From: Dicyema japonicum
Lineage: Eukaryota > Animalia > Dicyemida
Direction: 5' to 3'
Assembly: GCA_011109175.1 (NCBI GenBank)
Contig: RDEW01000010.1
Location: 541,837-605,836, forward strand
DNA length: 64,000 nt
A program made the position numbers and the translations under genes. The notes below the pieces were generated by a model that worked only from the letters and a program-made list of their open reading frames with translations, searched no databases and was not told the DNA's origin. Below are positions 38,808 to 51,548 of this stretch, one piece after another. Each line of letters starts with the position of its first letter. The stretch's first letter is position 1.

Positions 38808-39129
38808 TGGTTAAAAGTTACTCTTCCTTTCATCTTCTTTTACATTTTCTCTTAATTTACTGGAATTGAGTCAATTGATCTGCCTAGTGTCGGAATGGTA
38901 TGAAAATGGATCATCCCTTTCCATTGAAGATGCTTTCGCAATTGGATAAACTGGATGTGTTCTTCCCTTCCCGATTGTTCTGGATGAACTTGTATGTGAT
39001 TTTTGAAAAACTCTGCTTCCATAATCTTGAGAATTTAATTACTATAAAACGAAACCAAAAAAATAGAGTTAGAGGATCCAATCTTAAATGCGTGGATATT
39101 CCAATTCAGGATTGAAAGTGGAAATCCGT

Positions 39130-40098
39130 TCGAATAGCTACAATAGTTCGAGAAGATTTTCCGACCTTTTTAAAGAAATCCATACGCGTAACGTCCCAGA
39201 CTAGAAGTTTCCTAGCAGCAATGGTGATTCCATCTGGAAATTTTCCAAGTTCCTACGGGTTCATGTACTGATAGAAAATCATCCGTTTCCAAAGTCCGTT
39301 GTACGATTTTGTTTAAAGCCTTGTGCCAGAGGACCCTGCAGGTACTCTTCCTGCAAGGGAGTAGACATAGTCTACAACATCCATATGGTCACCGTATCTA
39401 CACTGGTGTGGAACACAAATCTTCAGTCCAAGTCGCAATAAGAGCCCGACTCGAATAAAAATCCCGAGTACTCCGTTTGGAATGGAGTTGAGTCATGCCA
39501 CACTTTCAAGAGAGACCTTGGACAACGGACAAGCACGGTGGTCTAGGTTCAAGAACTTCAAAAATTTTGCGAAAGATTTCAATCAACCAACATCATCCAA
39601 ATTCCCCTACAATTTCGAGATTGAAAGTGGGAACAAGTAAATAAGAAGGTAAGAATCAGATCTCCCGCATTGATCGACTTCCAGGTCAGAATAAAATTCT
39701 GTGAAGGAGTGCAAAATATTACCTACAATGTGAATCAAAAATTCTTACAATTAGGGACCATTTCACGATGCTCAGTCTACAGTTCCTTGACAAGTGTAAA
39801 CACCAGGACATCCAGCTCCCATACCGCGGGAAATTCGTGTCCATTTGATGCGCCTACGATGAGGTCACCACATGGATTTACATTCGTATCCGTACAGGAT
39901 TGGACAATCATCCTCTCTACTATGCCAATCATGCTTACCTTGACGAACACAAGACGGATCACCTCTTGTCTTGTCCGGGTTTACCTCCTAATTCTGCAAG
40001 GAACCAAATATACCTGTCTGATCACTGGGAGCGCCCGCTCTTAGCCGTAACGTTTTTGTAGCCACAGGTTTCTTCGAAAACACCGGGGGTAAATAAAT
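39130..40098 (+). mobile_element. Decayed Ingi/Vingi-like LINE 3' portion
   Basis: EYSVW..; C-terminal TDHLLSCP..L..HWERP..AV.FL*; tail ccgggggtaaataaa. Confidence 0.5.
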
Positions 40099-40223
40099 TT
40101 AAACGAACTATATTAATTCATATTAAATGATTCTTAGAAAAATAAATAAAAATAAATTAAATTATCTAAAAAAATATTTTTTTTCAATATTTCTAGGTTA
40201 ATTAGTATTTATAATTCATATTA

Positions 40224-42034
40224 ATGGTGAAAATGTATTTTAAAATAATTTCAGCCTAGTCTGCGGTGAAGTTGATGGTGAATTCGAACGTTTATTTGAG
40301 AGAGTAAACGAAATCAATGCCAAGTCTAAATTTGATGTATCAAAAATTGATTATTTCAGCTTCTCATCTGTCTAGGCAACTTTTTTAGTCGATGCAAACA
40401 ATTGAATAATTTTGACCCAAGTTTAGGTTCTACTATTTCTGAATTTAGTTAATATTGACACGTATATTTTCTGTCCTCATAAACCACCGATACTCCTCAA
40501 TTCACCAAAAATCAAATACATTCAAAAATCACAATATGTATATCTTCCGATGGACTGGTCCTCGCCTACAAAGAAGAGAAAACAGATCTTCCTATAAAAG
40601 ATGTTGATATCCTCATTACACCGAATTGGCCTTGTGGTGTGCTTAAATTTCTCGAGAATAGCGATGAAGTCATAGTAATCGTTCTAACAAATGCAAGAAT
40701 TATCATTTAGATTATAACATCAAGTACGGTTGTTATGACGCGGCCAATGCTGCCGACATGTTGAAACCCAGGTATCATTTCTCAGTGAACCAAACTCCAA
40801 AGTTCAGAACTCTCGTATCGTATGAAAGGCCCCCTTTTAGGTTTAATACTATTTATTCTTTCAGAATTACCAATTCAATGGGAACTGAAATGCTATCTCA
40901 TTTTATAACAATTGTTAATGTGGGAGTCTTCGAATTTAATGTTTTCCCCCCATTTAACTTTTCAGTGGTTGTATGCCTACTCGATTAAGCCGGTTAAATT
41001 CTGTAGTCCAGAAGAACTACTTCCCAATGTAGATTATACCGAGAATCCGTACATTGAAGTGTTTAAGAATGACAAAATTGACGTCAAAAAACTCATAACA
41101 AAGTCCCAGGACAATCCCCACTCATTTTCCGAACGATTTGGCAAGCACGACGAATTACCCAAAGTGAACTTGTATGTCATTTAGGTACCGAGGACGAGTG
41201 TTACTTTTGTCTTTCGTCTTCAAACGCGGAAAAACATCTTATCATAGAAGTATTAGATCGCGTATTTTTTCAACAATTTATTACCAGTGTACCTGGCTTG
41301 CAAAAGGGCGGCATTGATCCTCACCACGTTGGTAATATTACCAAAAGACCACATACATTCATTCGCTTGTTTGATTCTGAAGCAAAAGATGATTTCAATA
41401 GGTTCCTCGACTTATCATTGCAGATTTAAAGATAAGATCAGCCAGTTTTATGCTCAACGTGAACTAGTTCCTTTTATTTTTGAGTGTAATTTCCTCAGTT
41501 GTCATCTCCAAGTGCAGGTTTTGCCGATCTTATTTTAGGTCATCGGAATTCCATTCGACTTAGTTGAGTGTATTGTGGAGGCTTTGCATTCTTTGCTCAT
41601 AGTCTTGTTTGATTGCATCTGAGGTGTCTTCTAGGGATGATCTCTCGAGGTTTGCTGTTTTCTTAGAATTTAGCTTGGCTGTTCTAATCAGCCTTATTTT
41701 TATGCAGAGATTGGCACAGTAGGAAGGTACTTTATTCCATTGAACAATGTTAATACTTTCCATGTGATTTTGGAAGGTATTTTTTGTAGTTTTTTGTAGG
41801 AAGATCGTATGTGACGTACTTAGATGTGGTAATCGGGTAAATTGGAGAGTCTGCATTCTCGACGAGGATGATGAAAAGGCTTATGTCGAGGAGTTTAAAT
41901 TTGCAGATAGGATTGCGTATATGTTTCCACTTTATACGGCAATCCCGACTCGTTGCTATAGCCAGAACGATTCGCGGAGTTCTTTTTTCGGCTCGCTAGT
42001 TTCTTTCCAATTTCTTCCCGAAAAGCCGAAGTAA
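40224..42034 (+). CDS. CWF19L1: CWF19-like protein 1 (CwfJ family); several indels, C-terminus overlaps an antisense CRE copy
   Basis: KILVCGEVDG..FDLLICLGNFF; VDILIT..WP; LKPRYHF; YTENPY; CYFCLSS..EKHLI; QPYFYAE; VNWRVC. Micro-introns present. Confidence 0.85.
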
Positions 42035-42590
42035 AGGATTCTACGGCTCCCGACGTTTCTATGACCACTGGTGTGAATCGGTCTCCAATGACCGAGTATT
42101 TCTGGATCTTGGCCGATTCTGTTGCGTTGGCTCAGATCCAGATTTTTGAGCAGATCTCAAAAGGAGCGAAGTGGAAAAGGTATCCACACAGGTTGCACCT
42201 CAGACCAATCATTTTCCATGTGAATATGGAAAGAGCGTCATTCCGTCTATCCACGATCCAGTCCAACAGGCTCCAGTTGAGCTGGGAAGCCTGCTGCTTC
42301 GGGTTCGCAAAATAACATTATTTGATGCGGCGTGACGAGGAGAGAGACCTGCACTCCTGTTGCAAGACAATGGATTTAGTCCTTTTGGTGTTAACTTTCC
42401 TCCACAACGGCATCTGTGTTTCTGCAGCGCTCACGGAAATCTCCTGTTCTTGCAGAAATCCGATTTCCTAGTCGACTCAAGAATTTCAGCGTCGAAGGCG
42501 CAAAATAACCTGACGTTTCAACCGAGAGCGGAACAAGCAAAAAATCCTCAGTTAGGACTGCATCCTTATTTTTTATGGTGGCAACCCTAA
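41895..42590 (-). mobile_element. Two juxtaposed CRE-type 3' fragments
   Basis: CRCG...LSC..RH..N (zinc knuckle), DG.TL, ATCVDT, FTPVVIETSG, QRVGIAV.SGN. The second piece reads LVPLSVETSG. Confidence 0.8.
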
Positions 42591-42649
42591 ATTTATAGCG
42601 TGATTTTCCAATGTGCTACAGACATTATTCGAAAAGTCATTTGAAATTG

Positions 42650-43040
42650 TAAGGTTTGCAAATTTTGGCAGCTTCCATCTCGGACCCAGTTCATGATTCT
42701 AAGCAAGCCGTAGATCAGAAGAGAAGAAGTACAGAATCAATTCGGAGGATCACTTGCTTTTCTTAATCCGCACAAAAATTGAGGTTTCCTTGCATAACGA
42801 AAATACCCAATCTATCAGCACTCTTTTATTGAAAATGATTAACTTTTTTAGACGTAAAACCTATAAATTTTCGGATTTCATTATTTCCTTAAACATCATC
42901 CATAAGCAATGTGTTTTGCATTACAATCTCCCACAAGATTGGGTGTTCATTTTAACTAAAAATCTTTCATAATCCTTGAATAATTCTTTAATTTTTAAAG
43001 ACGTGCACAAATCAACGCATAATAATTCGCAAACATTCTC
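42650..43040 (-). mobile_element. APE endonuclease remnant
   Basis: VGDCNAKHIAYG motif. Confidence 0.4.
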
Positions 43041-44049
43041 TTTTCAAATTCTTAGCATTCGCGTTTTAATACTCTTTTTGTAGAAAATAGAAATGCCTGT
43101 AAAAGTTAACTTGGTTAGGTTAAATGTTAAGTTTATGAATTACTAACTAAATATGTGAGCAAACCACACAGTTTCTTCCGAGATTAACATCGGACGGATT
43201 AATAAATGATCTCACGATAAATAGCAGGGAATTGGGATGAACAGCTATGTACATATATTATCGAAACATTAAAACTTTGGGATACTACTTGTGTGGAAGG
43301 CTTCTTTTCCTCTAACCTAGTGCTAACGACAAATCACTCCGGATCTTTTTCATGAGGGCAAAACCATAAAAGAAAAAAGTACGAAAGCATCAGAGGATGT
43401 TTCGTTTTCAAACCATTCGCGGTCAAGATATCGTTGGTGATCGGATTATGCTACCTGATTTTATTGCAAACCATCGGCATGTTAATTGCAAGGAAGAAAA
43501 GGAATAAGAGAGAAGAGCTGGCTCTTTGAAAATATTTCCTTGCAAATAGTAAATAGGAATGCGCGTTAAATCAAGATAGCAGCAACTTAAATTATTTATT
43601 TAACATCCCTATACCACGGTAAAATCAAACTAATTATTACGTGATCCTGATGCGTTCAATAAAGACCTCATCTTGGCCGCGGTGTTGCTCCTCATGCCTG
43701 CAAATGACTGTACTGGACGACTGACTAATTTTCGGGCCACCTTCTTTCATTTTGGATTCCAGTCGGGCCTCCAGAGGAGTCGGTCTTGTTCGATGTTCCT
43801 AAAAATCCATCGTTCCGTATATCTGAAAGCTTTCTTTTGCAGTTTCTACCCACGGTGGGATAGAAGGAGCGTGAGACACAATGCAAGAAACGAATATATC
43901 ACGGTAAGAGTTGAAACTACTGGATATCTGTGCAACTGGATTTTTTGGTCAACCATGCACTGACCGCTGCTCACCCAGGAAAGGCAAAACTCTTAAAAAG
44001 ATGCACAACAAAATCCCTGGAGAATAATTTATCTTCAAAATAGTCGGAA

Positions 44050-44700
44050 CCTTCTTAAATCCAAATTTCTAAATTTCTTACACGTCGTCGGTTTTTTGAA
44101 ACAAAAAAAAGGAGAGCCTAAAAAAGGATTACTGATTTAGGAAATTTTCATAATAATCGTTAGAGGACAGCACCTCTCAATCATGAGAACTTCTACCGCG
44201 AAATGATAGTTACCGTTTTATTACTTCAATAAATTTTTATTAGCGAATCAAGGGCAGTGTCCAAACACTTTGTAAACCATAGCTTTTCACGATGGTCTTA
44301 AGTCGTTCAGTAATCGTATTTCAAATTTCTTTAATTATTCCTTTACCGATTGTGATGACCGATCTAGAGGTTTCGAAAGCGATTTGGATGTGTCGGAAAC
44401 TATCTCCAAGGACTGAATATTTCTTCACTTTCCTTCACTCTTCAGAATAAGTAGATGATTGAGTAGATGATTCAATAGACGAAGTAAAAACGGAGTCTAC
44501 GAAAATCTTACTTCTTGAAAGGCAACGCTATATGTTTCAATGCCATATACCAACAATTTTTCCATCACATAATAGCCTATAAAAGTGTTTCGTGCCCAAT
44601 GGCCACTTCCAATTCATCTATACGCAAGTTGACTACAATCCAGAAAGCCGCTCATGGAGTCATCGCCCTAATTCTGAATCTATGACTGGAATGTAGAACA
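44050..44700 (-). mobile_element. Possible LTR (Gypsy-like) integrase remnant
   Basis: GHW..NT..Y..M (HHCC-like) and TERL..IVK..W.LP (core-like), heavily broken. Confidence 0.3.
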
Positions 44701-45107
44701 CTTTATTAAAATTGAAAATTTTAGTAAAGGAAACACTTTTAAAGGGGTTTATTACGGAACGGTAAAGCTTGGCAACCTACTTCTATCTAGAAAATCTCCC
44801 CAAGAAATTCTTAACATCAGGGTTATCTTTGAAAATAAATTCCAAATTATTTTAAAATTTTTATTAATTTTTATTTTTTATTTATTTATTAATTTTTAGA
44901 GTTTTTTATTCTATCTTCGTCTAAGAAAAATTTCAAACTAACAGTTTATCATTTTATTACTATTTCACAGGTGTCACTAAAAAATATCTGATTTTCTCAT
45001 TCCATCTACCGATTCTAGGATCAATGAGATCCAGGATTAGATTCAACATCATTATGCCTGATTAAAAATACAGTAGCATGGATTTCAACCCGTAGCCAAC
45101 TACCAAA

Positions 45108-47957
45108 AATATCGACTTTAACGTGGCGTCATGCGGTTCACCTGGTGTTGTGGTGGCGCTCAGTACAAGTTCTGCATGGAAGAGAACCGTTTGACTTTTC
45201 CTACCTTTCTGCGATCTTCAGAAGGGTGGCTTACCAACTCCCCCGTTTTTTCTCCACTACTTCTGTCTGGTGATGTAGAACCTAATCCGGGACCCAACTG
45301 CACGTTCAGTATTCTAAAAAAATGTAAATGGAATCCGCAATAAAGTAATGGAATTACGATCCCTCTTATCCCATTTGAGAGTGGACATTGCCCTTATGCA
45401 AGAATCGAAGCTCTCTACAAAGTCCCCAAACCTTGTTTTCTGGATATTGTGTACTTCACAGGGACCGAACAAGAAGTTTCGGAGGAGGATTATTGACTAT
45501 TGTTAAGGATGGACTTAAATTCACCCCTTCTGTATCTTCTCTCTGCGAAGGGGATCTTATTCTGGAACAGATTTCTATTAAGTTCCTTTTCTTTGACGAG
45601 ATGTTTTACACTATGTAATGTCTATATCCCGCCTCAGGGGTCATGTACTACTTCCTACATTTCCAACCTATTGAGCCTGTGTGGACTAAAGGACTATGCG
45701 GAGACCTAAACGCGAAACATCACTCTAGCTCCGGACTCAATCAGCCGACAGTCGCGGCGAATGCATCCTTTCTGTGCTCAATGATCTGACTATCCTTAAT
45801 GATCCGGACACCACACAAGGACCCCGTCCCGCAGAAGGGACAGGTCCAACATCCTCGGACCTTTCCCTCTGCTCTCCTCTTGACTTAGAAGGCCTATTTG
45901 TTCACCGTGTTGTTCTACAAAGTTCAAAAATTACTTGAAACCCGACTGGCAAGGTTTCAGGACGTATGTGGACAATAGTCTCCTTGACCTTACTATGATT
46001 AATTGCACAGTAGAGGAAACGGCCAAATTCTGTCCGCTATCATTCTGAAAGCTGTCGCCTCTTACAAGAAGTTCAATCCAAATTATCATCAAACAATTGT
46101 GTACTCATTAAGAAACGAGATGCGCTGAAGAGGAATAAAACACAGACCAATAACTCCTTCTACTCCATACGTTCACTGAATACCAAATTATCTGAGCTTA
46201 TCCGAACTAACAACAGACTCAAATAGGAGCCACCTAGTTGGACGACTATGCCACAAAAACTCTTGTGCTACATTTTGAAAACTAAAGAGGATCAATAGCC
46301 TTATCAATGAGAGGACCGTGGAGCTGAGACCGCTACCCGCAACGCTTCGGAACCCGCACGCAAATTCGCAAACAAGATTATAAAGTACTACGTATCGATC
46401 AGCCATAAAAATTTTTCTCGTTCTACTTGTTGAACGCGCCGGCTAACAAGAACCATATTCCACCTTCCTCACCCCTGATGATGTTGAAAAGGCTATTAAA
46501 TTGCTACGTCCCACTCGTGCTTGTAATCCGACGGTATTTGCATTATTCACCTCAAACATCTTGGACCTCAAACACGGGCCATACTATCAGACTGTACAAC
46601 GACTCTATCAACTACCATTCGCTACCTAATATATGGAAAACTCCCTGATTACGCCAATCCTAAAGCCCAGAAAACCAAAAAGACGTTCCCTCTTCTTACC
46701 GCCCATCTCAATAACTTGTGTTTTATCAAAAGTGCTGGAAAAGCTTGTATTAATGCGTATCTCTCCTGTTCTACATCTACCTGAATTTCAACATGGTTTC
46801 AAGGCAAACCGTTCTACAACGACTCATTTGGGTTCTATCTCCCAGTTTATTACTGACAACTTCAACATGAAACACACTCACGTACGGCCTTAGTATCCAT
46901 CGACATACAGAATGCCTTTGATTATGTTCCGAGAAAACTTATAACTCATAAAATTTTTAATTCTAACTTACGTCCGAACATCAAGGAATAGCTGTAAAAT
47001 TTCTTAACTGGGCAACGCGGAAGGGTCCGGATGACGGAACCACTTCAAAATCAAGACTACTCCCAATGGGTCCCGCAAGGCTCCCCTTTATCCTCTCCTT
47101 TTCAACCTATTTCTACATGACCTACCTACTACTAATGACCAGGACACTATGTTCTTATCCTATACGGACGACCTAATTATCGCTGCAAGAAATAAATCTC
47201 CTTTCATGGCTGTAGCAATTGTTCAGACACACCTAGACCGAATTTGTGACTGGCTATCTGCAAATACGTTATGTGTATCAGCATCCAAGTATCAGTTCAC
47301 ATTATTCACTACGGACAGAAGGTTTAAAGGTGGGCTTGAGATATCCATCGGAAACACTCCCATTCCCTCTACGCGGACCCAGAAGATCTTTGGTGTAATT
47401 TTCGACTCTCTGTTGACGTTCTCGAGTCACGTGGAGGAGGTGCTCGCCAAGGGTCTTCAGAAATGGAACATTCTGAATGCGATGATAAATAAGAGCCCAT
47501 TCCCCCCGGCCGACTGCATCAGCATAGTCTATCAACAAGTAATCATACCGATTATTGAATATGCCTGCTCCGCCTGGAGGTTTGCGATTCCCCGTTCAAG
47601 AATATCCCGTTTGAACTCCCTCAGGCGGAGAATTATGCACCGCATAAGACATCCCCATTGGCGACTTCGTTTCTGATGAAGCAAAGTTGAAAAATGGCCA
47701 GGGTTTCCTACGTTTTTGCAAGGAACTGGGAAACCCACTCAAGGAAAAGGTGGCCCATGCAGAAGAATTTTGGTCGGTAATAAAAAAGTGCACACCGATC
47801 GAATTCTTTTGCATAAGCAAGAGAAGACGCTTCCGGAGTGCGGTTAGATTATCAGAAGACCAATTGAAGAGAGTCCGGATGTTGCTGGAAGCTGGGATCA
47901 CTTGATTAGTTAGTTTTGACCTATCTTTCCTGGTGGTCTTAGGGTTAAATAAATAAA
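45108..47957 (+). mobile_element. Ingi/Vingi-like LINE copy C, near full length
   Basis: 5' fold with an ATG in frame to PLLLSGDVEPNPGP; APE; RT (QHGF, SYTDD); terminal LEAGIT*. Near-perfect TSD tagcca(a)ctaccaaa at 45093-45107 and 47958-47971. Confidence 0.92.
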
Positions 47958-49949
47958 TAGCCACTACCAAACAGACTATTTGGTAGTTGCTCGGTAAGAA
48001 AATATGTTGGGTCTGTTCGCTCAAATGCGGGCAGTTTTCTTCACTAGCAGGTGATTAAATTTGTGAAAAAATAAAAACAACTATAAACTTGAATGCGATA
48101 AATCTTATTAAATGGTTGTTATAGATTCAAATTGATAGACAAAATTTGATTGCTTGAATTTATGTAAAAAATTGTGATTAATTTTTTGTTTTTTTTCACC
48201 TAAAACTCCCTCAACACCCTTCTATCTTTGGAATCCATGAAGAATCATTGCTGTGGTTTCATGCGTTCCTGCAAACAACCAGGAAATCCAACGGGCAATG
48301 CGATTTCTTACTAAAACAAACGTCCATCGGTTCTAAAGAAGAACAGCCCGATCGATTTACTTTGTATGCATTCAGAGAGACTTTATTGCTAAACAGCTGA
48401 TACACTTGAAGAGTATGTAGGGAGAGTTCGAGATTATTGGATAGTAGAATCACTTAAATAGTTCCTTGACTTTTTTTCGGTGGTCTTGGGGGTCTTTAAT
48501 AATAATAGAAAACTTAATAAACAATAGACATAATTTTGGATACATTAAAATGTGATTACAAATTTGATTACAAACCCCAACATCTTATAAAATTTATAGG
48601 GTCATTCCCTACTGGCCATAATGCTTGGTTCTTCAGGATTAACTCTAACCCTTTATCCACAATTACGGTCGATGATCTATTGATAAAGCTTGTTGATACA
48701 GGTCACAGGAAAGGGGAGGTTCCTAATAGGAGTCCTTAAACTGTTATGATTTGGAAAACTTATAATTTACTAAAAATATGTCTACAGAATCAAAAAGTCT
48801 TTCGAACGCTCAAAATTGAATGACTCACAAAACACAGCATTACCAACCACAGGAGCCTTAAATCGTGGTCGCCAAAAATCAAAATTCTCTAAGAAAGTGG
48901 ATGCACTATAATTTACTACAAGTCCCCATATCAATCAAAATTGAATAAAATAAATAAACTCCATTGTGCACTCAAAATTGATGTGCTGTACAAGAAAAAT
49001 GCTTATGCCAATTTTCTAAAATAAAGGATTTTTATTAAAATTAGCAACCAGTTTAAATTATTTATTAATTCCGTTTTTGATTAATTGAGCGAAACTCTCG
49101 GAATCAAATTTCCCCTAAAAATATAGACGAAACCGGACATATTCAAGCATTTTCATTCTCTGAATTTTAGAAGATTCCTAAAAATAATTTTTTTACTTAC
49201 ACTGTCAAGAGCACGGTTGTAGAAATGCGCTGTTGTGCTGTAATACAAGAATCCTAAGGGAAATAACATGTAACAGGAGAACTAGCGATTATTGAGTACG
49301 TAATACTTTAAAGACCTCAATATGCCACCTCAACATTCCGGAAATTAAAAATTTTAAATATTTTTAATTATAAATATTTCATTAAATATTGGAAAAATTT
49401 TAAATTTAATTAATTAAAAAAATTACTCGAAAAATATGACCTACTCTTAAAGATCTTATGTTTTCAGCGCCAATTAAGAAAAAAAACGGGAGGTTATGTC
49501 CACCTTGAGGAGACGAAAGAATTGAGTTTACTAAACCTGTTCTATAGTTCATTAGTCATGGTAAAGATTATTTTTTGAAAATTGGTGATTCTATTACTAT
49601 TTTGCTTTTTTTAGAGAACGAGAACAATTATTAGGTTTAACAATTTATCTCCTTCGTCATAATTTACGCGTTGTTGCCCCCCACGATGGCAATTGAGATC
49701 AACTTGAGAAACCAGTGAGTTCACGGACGTAGTCAGACGTTTAGGGCTCTTGAGTAAAGACAAGGATCTCCTGGTTATCGCTCCAATTGCATAACAGAAA
49801 TTGCACAAAATGTGAATTGACAATTCTTGAAAGAATGCACAAATTTTACCGCTTAAACAGTCTATTTTTAAGTTCATCGATTAAAAATAAATAAAAACAT
49901 CTCTAGTCTGCCAAAAACTTGAAAATCTGTTTGATTTGTTTAATTCAAT

Positions 49950-50170
49950 ATAACTTAATAGTCACTTGAAGGGATCTACCAATATCACACAGGTCCGACC
50001 ATAATCTGCGGAAAAATAGAAAACATCCAGTCTTTCCAGTTGTGAGACCTCTCCACTAGAGTGGGGAACGTGAATGATTATATCACTGGGCGTCACCTGT
50101 GACAAACGAACAAAATGACGTAACTCTCATAGAACAAGAAGAAGAGAAGGAACAGAAAAAAGAAAAAGTA
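49950..50170 (-). mobile_element. Degenerate S3-family short element
   Basis: ggtgacgcccagtg..aatcattc..ccactc..ggag.ggt..cacaactg, as in 22075-22306. Confidence 0.6.
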
Positions 50171-50293
50171 GCCAGTATGGAAAATCAAACCGACGAATAT
50201 TGTGATGACGATATCAAATCACTAACATGACATTCTGGGTTAAAATGAAGTGAATTTTACGGCTAAGAGAATTTTAAAACAATTTATCAATAC

Positions 50294-50360
50294 CAGTAGT
50301 TCCCAACCTTTTTGAGAGTACGGAACCCTATCGACATTTTTCATTTTATACGGAACTCAT
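50294..50360 (+). repeat. hAT/Charlie-type terminal inverted repeat
   Basis: CAGTAGTTCCCAACCTTTTT..CGGAACCC. Confidence 0.5.
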
Positions 50361-50754
50361 ATAGTTTTTAACAATTATCAGTATTTTACTAATATAAAAA
50401 AATAAAATGCTAGTAGCACTCTATTAGACTTCCTGGAAACCACGCAGTCAAGGCAGCCGCTATATGACCATTTACTCTTTTTTCTTTACTAAATAAAATT
50501 TGAAAAATGCTAGTTAGTGAGATGGTTGAGGTTGATGTCTCTTGCATAGATCTGTAATATTTGACCTTGTCCTTGACAGAGATAAACACAGGTCTTCTTC
50601 TACATACAGTAGGTTTGCGCATTTTTTATTGAGGCATTCAATAAAGTCATCCAACTTATCAGTTTAGATACCCACACATGCATTCCAATACAACTTTATA
50701 TCCTCAAAATATGAATTTATAAGATTGAAATGTCATATCCCAATATTTATTAGC

Positions 50755-51548
50755 GGGGTACTAGTTGGCATCGTTTATAGTTGGAACTATGACAAGATCT
50801 AATCGACTTCGATACTCAACTTTCGTTCTTAATTAATGAAAACATCCTTGGCAAATAGTTTTACTGTAGTTCGTCCTGCACCGGTCTACGAATTTCACCT
50901 CTAGCGGTGCAATAGGAATGCCCCCGTCTGTCTGTTAATTTTGCTACTGTTAACCAATAGAAAAATCTTTTTCTATTATTCGTGCTGCGATATTCAAGAA
51001 GAATGTTTTCCTTAAACACTCTATTATGCTCAAGGTAAAGTCGTATATTAACTACAGCAATGCCCTACTTGCATGTCTTACTCAAAAGCAAACCGAGATC
51101 CAACTACGAGATTTTCAACTGTAGCAACTTTGGCATACACTATTGAACTGGAATTGCCGCGGATGTTGCAACCATACTTTCCCTCAAATTGCCTTAATTA
51201 AAGCTTTTACGATTATTTCATTACAATCTCTGAACAAATGCTCAGCAGATCCGTTATAGCCAAAAGTGGATAATCTTCACCGTCAACAATTGATGGGGCG
51301 GACATCTAGTTGATATGTTACCGGATATTCCGGCGATCAGCAATTTTATCCAGAGTCAACTAATTCTAATAAATGTGCTTTGATAATCTTAACGCATGTA
51401 TTAGCTCTAGATTTACAACAGTTATCCACCGTCGTCTGACATTATCAAGTAAGTTATGTCCAATGAGCCGTTCGAGGTCTCGTTCATTAGAGAGCGTAGC
51501 TTGATCTGTAAGATAAGCATATAACTACTGACAGGATCGACCTGGACA
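50755..51548 (-). pseudogene. 18S rRNA pseudogene (5' half)
   Basis: Recognisable 18S landmarks (5' gatcctg.cagtag.tatatgctt, ccgcgg.aattccag, ctcgtagttgg, attaa.aagaacgaaagtt) with substitutions in invariant sites, an internal deletion and no 3' half. Confidence 0.9.
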
